Assembly: GCA_030689795.1 (NCBI GenBank)
Contig: JAUYEO010000182.1
Location: 1 to 48,087, forward strand
Direction of reading: 5' to 3'
Source: Desulfobacterales bacterium
Lineage (GTDB): Bacteria; Desulfobacterota; Desulfobacteria; Desulfobacterales; RPRI01
Length of the DNA stretch: 48,087 nucleotides
Both the position numbers and the translations under genes were made by a program. This document shows, piece after piece, positions 7,616 through 15,068 of this stretch; within the stretch, counting starts at the first letter, position 1, and every line of letters starts with the position of its first letter. The notes beneath the pieces were generated by a model. That model saw only the letters and a list, made by a program, of their open reading frames with translations. It made no database searches and was not told where the DNA came from.

Positions 7616-8107
7616 ATGAATCTATGGATACTGGCATTGAGCCATTTTATCCATGTTATGGGAACAGTAGTATGGATTGGTGGAATTTTGATGACACTTT
7701 TAGTAATATTACCAGGCTCGAAAACTGCTTTGAAATCGCAGCCCATGGTTGGCAAACTGATGACGGAGGTTGCAAAACGCTTTACTCCAATGGCTAACAT
7801 AAGCATCTTTTTGCTAATTGCCACGGGTATTATCATTTTCTGCTATGACAAAAACTACACATTTCTTTTAGATCCGGAAAATCGTTGGAATGTTGTGATT
7901 GCTTTAAAACATTTTTTCGTCGCCACAATGATTATTATCCACTTCTACAGAGGATTGATACTGAATCCAAAAATCGAAAGATTTTCCTCACAACCAAATG
8001 AAAACAAAACGACAACATTAAAGAAGATTTCGTTAGACCTTGTTAAAATAAACTTTGCATTGGGAATCATGGTCCTGTTGCTGACCGCGGTCTCAATATC
8101 CATCTAA
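7616..8107 (+). CDS. CopD-like / DUF4149-like four-TM membrane protein
   Basis: GGAGG RBS before ATG 7616; SHFIHVMGTVVWIGG first helix typical of CopD-like proteins; further His residues in TM3. Confidence 0.7.
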   Translation: MNLWILALSHFIHVMGTVVWIGGILMTLLVILPGSKTALKSQPMVGKLMTEVAKRFTPMANISIFLLIATGIIIFCYDKNYTFLLDPENRWNVVIALKHFFVATMIIIHFYRGLILNPKIERFSSQPNENKTTTLKKISLDLVKINFALGIMVLLLTAVSISI

Positions 8108-8136
8108 TCATCACCACAATGAGTTTATTGCATGGC

Positions 8137-8206
8137 AGATAACGTAAAAATCAGCCGCGCTGCTTTCAGTCTTCTGATCAGTCATCGGCTGAATTTGTTT
8201 TGATAT
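8137..8206 (-). mobile_element. attC-like site (proximal core degenerate)
   Basis: Minus strand ATATCAAAACAAATTCAGCCG...CGGCTGATTTTTAC-GTTATCT; inner AAAT(T)CAGCCG/CGGCTGATTT repeat with one extra base; ~17 nt after the stop of 8224..8667. Confidence 0.6.
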
Positions 8207-8223
8207 AGTCTTTGACCCCTTTT

Positions 8224-8667
8224 TTAATCTAACTCGACTAACTCCTTACAACTCCCACAGCGCTTGGCGCCGCGAAAGAGCTGGTCACTGCAATGAGGGC
8301 ATCTGTAGCGATTTTCCTCTGCTTCCATCCACTTTTCAGTACCCAGCTTTTTTCTGGCGGGGACAGAGCGGAGTATTACTTTTTTACCAACAGGAACAGG
8401 AAAATCATCAATTAATTTACAAGGAAACTCTTTACATTGATGGCAGCCTTCATATTTTTTCTCCATTACACACGTTCGAATACCACATGTCTGGCAGTAT
8501 ACAAATTTTTCGTCTGATAAACAGCCTTTGCAGGCTATTTGTTCAGGTGTAACACCATAAGCACTGGCTAATTTATCTTTCAGTTTTTGATTATTGTCGC
8601 GACTTGCCATATAAACACCGCAAACGCCGCAATACAGACCGCAAGGTGCTGATAATTCTTTGTTCAT
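8224..8667 (-). CDS. DUF3795-family cysteine-rich protein (paralogue of 5405..5896)
   Basis: Same 15-Cys pattern; shares PCGLYCGVC, RDNNxKLK, GKKVILR and GTEKW. Confidence 0.85.
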   Translation of the reverse strand: MNKELSAPCGLYCGVCGVYMASRDNNQKLKDKLASAYGVTPEQIACKGCLSDEKFVYCQTCGIRTCVMEKKYEGCHQCKEFPCKLIDDFPVPVGKKVILRSVPARKKLGTEKWMEAEENRYRCPHCSDQLFRGAKRCGSCKELVELD

Positions 8668-8695
8668 TGTATTGTTTCCTTTCTACTAAATTATG

Positions 8696-9538
8696 TTATT
8701 GAAGTAATTTAAATCTGCCTGAATCCAGCATCTCTTTTATGCTTCCAATGAACGTTTCCGGTGCGGCATAATCAAGATGGCTCCGAAAGAGTGTGGAGAC
8801 CCGGTTAAGCTCATCCAGCTCATGAAGATACGACTCGTCAAAATCATCGGTCTGATGTTTACGTTCATGATTTACAAATATTAATTTTTCGGGCTTGACC
8901 CATCCGGTTTTAACTGCAGAAGGGGCCAAACGACTGCAATGGCAGGGATTTTCTGAATTTATAAGACCGCAGTTTTTTTGCATGAATTTTCGAATAAGTT
9001 TTCTGGCACGCGAAAGGCGCTGCCGAAACGCTTCAGGTGTGATATCCAATATATAAGCGCCCTCATTACTCTTAACTTCAAATATCTCGCCCAGCGCATA
9101 TGCCATTCGAAGGTTGCGATCCAGACACTGCAGCAATCCCTGAAGACAGTTTAGTCTTAACTCCTTTACAATAAGTTTCTGCTCGGCTTCTGACACGGAT
9201 GGATGCCATGTATCTGCAAACCCCTTGTCAATCTGCTGCTGACATTGATCAAAATTGATCTCTATGAGTTCGGCGCGCCGTTTGCGTATAGTCAGCAGGT
9301 GGTTGGCCGAGATACGATATGCCCATGTCATAAACGCGCTCTCTTTACGAAAACTGCTTAGATGGGTGATGACTTTTATCAGAATTTCCTGGGCTGCGTC
9401 TTCGGCATCTTCAGGGTGTGCAAGCATCCGCAGTGCAAGCCTGTAAACACGATCCTGTATACACCCGACAAGATTTTCGAGAGCCTTCTTTTCTCCAACA
9501 ACTGCCAACTCAACCAGTTTTTCAATATCTGATTCCAT
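8696..9538 (-). CDS. ECF sigma-70 factor with Cys-containing C-terminal extension
   Basis: Region 2 DAEDAAQEILIKV...SAFMTWAYRISANH; region 4 GAYILDITPEAFRQRLSRAR; extension CGLINSENPCHC. Confidence 0.9.
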   Translation of the reverse strand: MESDIEKLVELAVVGEKKALENLVGCIQDRVYRLALRMLAHPEDAEDAAQEILIKVITHLSSFRKESAFMTWAYRISANHLLTIRKRRAELIEINFDQCQQQIDKGFADTWHPSVSEAEQKLIVKELRLNCLQGLLQCLDRNLRMAYALGEIFEVKSNEGAYILDITPEAFRQRLSRARKLIRKFMQKNCGLINSENPCHCSRLAPSAVKTGWVKPEKLIFVNHERKHQTDDFDESYLHELDELNRVSTLFRSHLDYAAPETFIGSIKEMLDSGRFKLLQ

Positions 9539-9572
9539 TTTCTAAAAATCCTTTTTTTGGTCTTTTAGAATT

Positions 9573-9599
9573 TAGACAGTTGGGATTGCAAAGTGTGAC
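9573..9599 (-). promoter_or_regulatory. Putative ECF-type autoregulatory promoter
   Basis: Minus strand GTCACA-N15-TGTCTA about 35 nt upstream of the sigma factor start; resembles ECF -35 TCACA / -10 GTCT elements. Confidence 0.5.
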
Positions 9600-9684
9600 T
9601 GAATAATTAATAATTTTTCTTGCGTAATCGTTTCTTCATTATCGATATTATCTACGATCGGCCATTGGTAATAAGCGGAATCAT

Positions 9685-10017
9685 CTATTTCTTGATGAGT
9701 TCGATAAGTTTTTCAATAACCTGGTTCAACTTATCATTCCTGATATGGCCAGCGCGATACAAAATAATGTGGCTGTCTGCGGTAAACAGCCGATTGGGTC
9801 TTATATTGCCTGGTTGTTTGAGATTACCTGATTCAAAATCAGTTTCATCGATTGATATGGCGTAGGTGTCTTTGATGGTTTTGCTGGTTATCTGGCAAAG
9901 AATGGCATCGTCTCCTTCGAGCTGAGCGAGTACAAGAGCAGGCCGGCGCTTGGACTGGCTTAGATATGAGAAAGGGAATGGGATGACAACAACATCCCCT
10001 TTTATAAATTTTGCCAT
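9685..10017 (-). CDS. PemK/MazF family toxin
   Basis: KGDVVVIPFPFS..SQSKRRPALVL...DAILCQITS. Confidence 0.92.
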   Translation of the reverse strand: MAKFIKGDVVVIPFPFSYLSQSKRRPALVLAQLEGDDAILCQITSKTIKDTYAISIDETDFESGNLKQPGNIRPNRLFTADSHIILYRAGHIRNDKLNQVIEKLIELIKK

Positions 10018-10196
10018 GCTTCGTCCTCCTCAGGCGTTAACCAATCCTTAGACAAAGAGGATTCGCTCACTATGGCAATATCCATCTTTTCACGAACGAT
10101 TTTTGCCTTCAGGAAATGGACGAAATCAAGCACTTCGGTCAGAAACGGTTCGGGTGCCTTTTCAATCTCGCTTATAAGTAATTCTTTTGTACTCAT
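10002..10196 (-). CDS. DUF2281-like antitoxin
   Basis: EVLDFVHFLK...SESSLSKDWLTPEEDEAWQNL; overlaps the toxin start. Confidence 0.85.
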   Translation of the reverse strand: MSTKELLISEIEKAPEPFLTEVLDFVHFLKAKIVREKMDIAIVSESSLSKDWLTPEEDEAWQNL

Positions 10197-10222
10197 GATA
10201 TGATACCTCATCACTTAAATTC

Positions 10223-10272
10223 TTGAACCGAAACAGCGGGTATATTCTCAGCTGCTTGCGGCGGGGAATCTT
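10223..10272. repeat. Dispersed palindromic repeat family A, shortened copy
   Basis: Shares TTGAACCGAAACAGCG and TTGCGGCGGGGAATCTT ends with 20732-20845. Confidence 0.7.
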
Positions 10273-10506
10273 CATTTTTCAATATGTTAAGGATATTGAT
10301 TGTTACAGTGGAAATCAATAAAAAATTATCACCAAACCATAAAATCAAATTTTTTAATCAGATGCGGCTTAATCTGAGATATCATCATTGCCTGATGTTT
10401 CAAAATGTGATGACAAAAGTCCCATATTTGAGTATCGTGGATCCATGAAGTCATTTCGTTTTGTCGCCCATGGCTTTAAACCGGTCTAAAGGAAAATGCC
10501 CAGGAG

Positions 10507-11739
10507 ATGAAGAAGCCACTATGGCGTGACGGTTGGTTGATGGCAATCTGTGTTGGCCGAATCCTCATGTATATGAACTACATGGTTTATGCCGCGTGTC
10601 TGCCGATCCTCAAGAACGAATGGGGGATGTCGGCAACGCAGGCCGGCTCGATTGTGTCCGGATTCATGATCGGTTACGCAGCGTCGCTGGCAATCGCATC
10701 CTGGTTGTCGGATCATTTCGGCGCCCGTCGGATATTCGTGCTGTCGGCAATCACCAGCACGGTCACCGCCCTCTTGTTCGGTTTCTTTGCGCGCGACTAT
10801 CTGACGACACTGCTTCTCCATTCTTTACTTGGCGTCGCCCAGGGCGGCATATATACCCCCGGCATCGTTTTAATGGCCGAGAGGTTTCCGGTCGATTGCC
10901 GCGGGGGCGCGGTCGGCTGGTTTATCGCGAGCACCTCTCTGGGCTATGCATGTTCCCTGGCCGTTTCGGGAATCCTGATCGCGCTGGGAGGCCATGTGCT
11001 CGCCTTCATCGGTACGGGCATTCTGCCTTCCGCGGGGGCATTGATCTTATGGACCGCACTCAGGCGTACGCCGAATATCATTCATGACCGCAGCGCCGGC
11101 GTAAGCTTAATGACTGTTCTGAGGAACGAACGGAATGTCAGGTCACTGATGGCAGGTTACACTTGTCATTGCTGGGAGTTGCTCGGCATGTGGGCATGGA
11201 CCCCCGCCTTTCTCGCGGCAAGCCTTGCTTTATCCGGTGCTGCTTCGACCCGATCCGTAGAGCTTGCAGCCTATTGCGTGGCCGCCATGCACATTGTCGG
11301 CGCCGTCGCTTCATCCACCATGGGGCATTTGTCGGACTTTCTGGGGCGGCGGGCCGTTCTGACCGGACTCGGCGCAGCCGGAGCGCTTCTATCCCTGATC
11401 TTTGGCTGGCTGGTCGCCGCGCCCGTGCCGATCCTGGTTGTATTGATGCTCATCTACGGATTTGTGGCCATCGGTGATTCTCCGGTACTTTCGGCCGCAA
11501 TTACTGAAGCCGTTGCGCCCAATCGTCTTGGGTCGGTACTGGCGGTACGTTCCCTTCTCGGGTTCGGCGCAGGCGCCGTCTCGCCGGTGGCCTTCGGAGC
11601 AGTGCTTGATTACCTGCGCATCGGCGATAATGTTGCCTCGGCATGGGGACCGGCTTTTATGGTTTTTGCGATCGGCGGGTTCGGCGCCACTTGGTACGCA
11701 TGGCGCCTTAGCCCATCCGTCGCTGCCAAACAAATATAG
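10507..11739 (+). CDS. MFS transporter
   Basis: 410 aa with ~12 hydrophobic segments; motif A-like WLSDHFGARR and GHLSDFLGRR; visibly GC-richer than its flanks. Confidence 0.92.
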   Translation: MKKPLWRDGWLMAICVGRILMYMNYMVYAACLPILKNEWGMSATQAGSIVSGFMIGYAASLAIASWLSDHFGARRIFVLSAITSTVTALLFGFFARDYLTTLLLHSLLGVAQGGIYTPGIVLMAERFPVDCRGGAVGWFIASTSLGYACSLAVSGILIALGGHVLAFIGTGILPSAGALILWTALRRTPNIIHDRSAGVSLMTVLRNERNVRSLMAGYTCHCWELLGMWAWTPAFLAASLALSGAASTRSVELAAYCVAAMHIVGAVASSTMGHLSDFLGRRAVLTGLGAAGALLSLIFGWLVAAPVPILVVLMLIYGFVAIGDSPVLSAAITEAVAPNRLGSVLAVRSLLGFGAGAVSPVAFGAVLDYLRIGDNVASAWGPAFMVFAIGGFGATWYAWRLSPSVAAKQI

Positions 11740-11813
11740 TCCGGATTTAGCGAAGTAGAATCTGAAAGCTTTGAATATCTACCATTCGGGTCTGGCAGAG
11801 GTCAGTTCAGACG

Positions 11814-13349
11814 TCAATGAAAAACTTTGCTCCTGTCGAGGTTGCGGTATTGAATCGCCTCCGAAACATGATCTACGCTTATATCCGTTTTCCCGTCAAG
11901 ATCCGCTATTGTGCGGGCTATTTTTAAAATCCGATTGAAAGCCCTTGCAGACAGCCCCAGTTTATCTATTGCAGCCTCAAGGAGGCTGCACGAAGCATCG
12001 TCTATTTTGCAATATTTTTTTATATGCCGGCTGTTCATCTGGGAATTGCTGTATACTTTCGTCTGCCTGAACCGCTCCGACTGAATAGCTCTGGCATCGG
12101 TTACCCGTTTCAGTATATCTTCCGATGATTCTGCAGTAATGTCCACCATAAGATCCCTGTACGGAACGGCCGGTACTTCAACATGAATATCAATCCTGTC
12201 CATGAGTGGTCCCGATATTTTCGATCTGTATCTGTGTATCTGCTGGTATGTGCATTTGCATTCATGCTTGGGGTCCGAGAAATAGCCGCATGGACATGGA
12301 TTCATAGCTGCCACAAGCATGAAACTCGATGGATATGTAATTGTCGATGAAGCTCTTGATATCGTAACCTTCATGTCCTCAAGCGGCTGCCGCAGTACTT
12401 CAAGTACATGTTTCTTGAATTCTGAAAGCTCGTCTAAAAAAAGGACTCCGTTATGCGCAAGGCTGACCTCTCCCGGCCTTGGCACATGACCTCCTCCGAT
12501 TAAACCAGCATCCGAAATAGTATGATGCGGAGACCTGAAAGGCCTTTTGACGACCAGGGCATCTCCTTTGGGAAGCATACCCGTAACACTATAGACCTTT
12601 GTAGTCTCAAGCGCTTCTTCGAAAGTTATCGGAGGCAATACGGAGGGAAGTCGTTTTGCAAGCATGGTCTTTCCCGAACCGGGCGGACCGATCATGATAA
12701 GGTTATGGCCGCCTGCCGCGGCTACTTCAAGCGCTCTTTTGGCATGTTCCTGTCCTCTTACTTCGGAAAAATCGACATCATGCCGGCTGTTTCCTTCAAA
12801 TAATGCAGATATATCGGTTTTTGCCGCCTCGAGTTGTTCGGCTCCACGGAAAAAATCGGTCACCTGAGACAGTGTCTTAACCGGAAAAACCGAAATTCCT
12901 CCTACAACCGAAGCCTCTTTCCCGTTTTCAAAAGGAACTATGATGCCTTCATAACCTGCATCTTTAGCCGAAAGCGCCATAGGCAGAGAGCCGTTTACAG
13001 GCTTTATGCGCCCGTCCAGCGACAGCTCGCCGAGCACGAGATATCTTGCGAGCATTTTTTTCATAACAATGCCTGTCGCGGCAAGTATTCCAAGGGCGAT
13101 CGGCAGATCGAAACCGGTTCCTTCTTTTTTTATGTTGGCCGGGGCAAGGTTGACTGTTATTCTGTCGTCCGGAAATGAATATCCTGAATTTGTAATGGCG
13201 GATTTAACGCGTTCCCTGCTCTCCTTTACCGCTGCTTCCGGAAGGCCTACCGTAGTAAAAGAAGGAAGCCCTGAAGCAATATCCACCTCCACCTCAACAA
13301 GATATGCGTCTATGCCGATAACCGCGCTGCTCAAAACCTTTGCAAGCAT
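11814..13349 (-). CDS. comM: YifB/ComM Mg-chelatase-like AAA+ ATPase
   Basis: AGGAGG RBS before MLAKVLS; ITVNLAPA, GPPGSGKT, PFRSPHH, GEVSLAHNGVLFLDE, AAMNPCPCG. Confidence 0.93.
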   Translation of the reverse strand: MLAKVLSSAVIGIDAYLVEVEVDIASGLPSFTTVGLPEAAVKESRERVKSAITNSGYSFPDDRITVNLAPANIKKEGTGFDLPIALGILAATGIVMKKMLARYLVLGELSLDGRIKPVNGSLPMALSAKDAGYEGIIVPFENGKEASVVGGISVFPVKTLSQVTDFFRGAEQLEAAKTDISALFEGNSRHDVDFSEVRGQEHAKRALEVAAAGGHNLIMIGPPGSGKTMLAKRLPSVLPPITFEEALETTKVYSVTGMLPKGDALVVKRPFRSPHHTISDAGLIGGGHVPRPGEVSLAHNGVLFLDELSEFKKHVLEVLRQPLEDMKVTISRASSTITYPSSFMLVAAMNPCPCGYFSDPKHECKCTYQQIHRYRSKISGPLMDRIDIHVEVPAVPYRDLMVDITAESSEDILKRVTDARAIQSERFRQTKVYSNSQMNSRHIKKYCKIDDASCSLLEAAIDKLGLSARAFNRILKIARTIADLDGKTDISVDHVSEAIQYRNLDRSKVFH

Positions 13350-13574
13350 GATTCCTCCTTTTTTAAAGGTAAAAAGCCGGCCCCGAGAGTCATCTATACA
13401 GAATAATATTGTTAAGATCAAGAATTTGTTGACAATAAAGGTGCGGTTAAGTTATTGTTGCGATACATATTTTTCTGAGATATATTCCGCATGACTTCCG
13501 GATACATGCTGTAACAGCAGTTGAAGACTGAATTATAACGCTGGTTAAAGGAATGTGGAATTCTGACTGATATA

Positions 13575-14441
13575 ATGGGTTGCTATTTAAATCAAAGAAC
13601 TGTTGCAAAAACCGTTTGCTGTTCGGGTATTGGTGTTCACTCAGGCAAGGATGTTAATCTGACGATAAAGCCGGCGCCGGAAAATTATGGAATCAAATTC
13701 ATAAGAACCGATCTTCCCGACAACCCGAGCATACCTGCACGCTTCAGCATGGTTGTGGATACGAGCCTCGCAACTGTTATCGGGCATGACGGGTTTATTG
13801 TTTCAACCATAGAACATCTCATGGCGACATTTGCCGGACTTTCAATTGACAATGCCGCTGTTGAGCTTGATTCATACGAAATGCCGATAATGGATGGAAG
13901 TGCCGAGCCTTTCACGCGCCTGATAAAAGAGGCAGGGGTTAAGGAACAGGATGGCCCGAGATATTATTTTGTTGTGAAGAAACCCATCGAGCTGAAAAAA
14001 GACGGAAAATCTGTAGGGATATATCCTTCATCAGATTTTAGAATTACATGCACCATAGAATTTGATCATCCTCTGATAAAAAAACAGACTTTTTCTGCCG
14101 GAATTACCGAGCATGTATTTGAGCAGGAAATATGCAGCGCAAGGACTTTCGGTTTTTTACACGAAATCGAATATCTTAAGCAGTATGGGTTTGCCCGTGG
14201 AGGATCTCTTGAGAATGTTGTTGTAATTGACAAAAGCGCTATTTTAAACAATGATGGTCTCCGTTTTCCGGATGAATTTGTCAGGCATAAAACCCTGGAT
14301 TCCATAGGCGACTTTTCTCTACTTGGTTTGCCTGTCATAGGGCATTTTGTGCTGAACAAATCAGGACATGCTTTTAATCATGCTTTTATTGAAACGTTTT
14401 TTTCCGAGAAAGAATCCTGGGAAACCCGAACTCTTACATGA
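13575..14441 (+). CDS. lpxC: UDP-3-O-acyl-N-acetylglucosamine deacetylase
   Basis: GIGVHSG, TIEHLMA, PIMDGSA, ARTFGF, EFVRHKTLDSIGD, KSGH. Confidence 0.97.
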   Translation: MGCYLNQRTVAKTVCCSGIGVHSGKDVNLTIKPAPENYGIKFIRTDLPDNPSIPARFSMVVDTSLATVIGHDGFIVSTIEHLMATFAGLSIDNAAVELDSYEMPIMDGSAEPFTRLIKEAGVKEQDGPRYYFVVKKPIELKKDGKSVGIYPSSDFRITCTIEFDHPLIKKQTFSAGITEHVFEQEICSARTFGFLHEIEYLKQYGFARGGSLENVVVIDKSAILNNDGLRFPDEFVRHKTLDSIGDFSLLGLPVIGHFVLNKSGHAFNHAFIETFFSEKESWETRTLT

Positions 14442-14462
14442 TAACAAAAGATAAAAACCGAT

Positions 14463-15032
14463 ATGAAAATACTAAGAAAATATAAAACATGGATAGTTTT
14501 TCTCTGTTTTCTTCTTGTACTGCCGGGAACAGGTTTTGCACAGGGGGCAAAACTAACCAACATAGCAATTATCAGATATCATGACGATCTTCTCTTTAAG
14601 ATAAATCTGGACGGCGCTTTCAGGGAAGATATGAACAAGGCGATAATGAGCGGGGTGCCTGCCACATTCTCATTTTATGTCAAACTTAACAAATTGAAAG
14701 ACTTATGGTTTAACAGCAATATTGCCGATATTTATTTAACCCATACAATCAAATACGATACCCTGAAAAAGGTTTATACCGTTTCACGACCATGGAAGAA
14801 CAGCGACCCGGTTGTTACCGAATCTTTTAAAGAAGCTCAGGAACTGATGACCCAGATTGACGGATTAAAAATTGTCCAGTTAAACAGGCTGGAAAAAAAC
14901 GGGCATTACCAGATAGAGGCCAAAGCAGAAGTCAGCAAGCTTACCCTGCCGTTTTACCTCCATTATGTTTTTCTGTTTGTTTCTCTATGGGACTTTGAAA
15001 CCGATTGGTATATAATAGACTTTGTCTATTAA
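14463..15032 (+). CDS. DUF4390-like periplasmic protein
   Basis: Signal peptide; C-terminal LPFYLHYV...WDFETDW; usual position upstream of ntrY-like kinases. Confidence 0.75.
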   Translation: MKILRKYKTWIVFLCFLLVLPGTGFAQGAKLTNIAIIRYHDDLLFKINLDGAFREDMNKAIMSGVPATFSFYVKLNKLKDLWFNSNIADIYLTHTIKYDTLKKVYTVSRPWKNSDPVVTESFKEAQELMTQIDGLKIVQLNRLEKNGHYQIEAKAEVSKLTLPFYLHYVFLFVSLWDFETDWYIIDFVY

Positions 15033-15068
15033 CATCCGGTTATTGAATGACTCCTCTCCAAAACCGAT

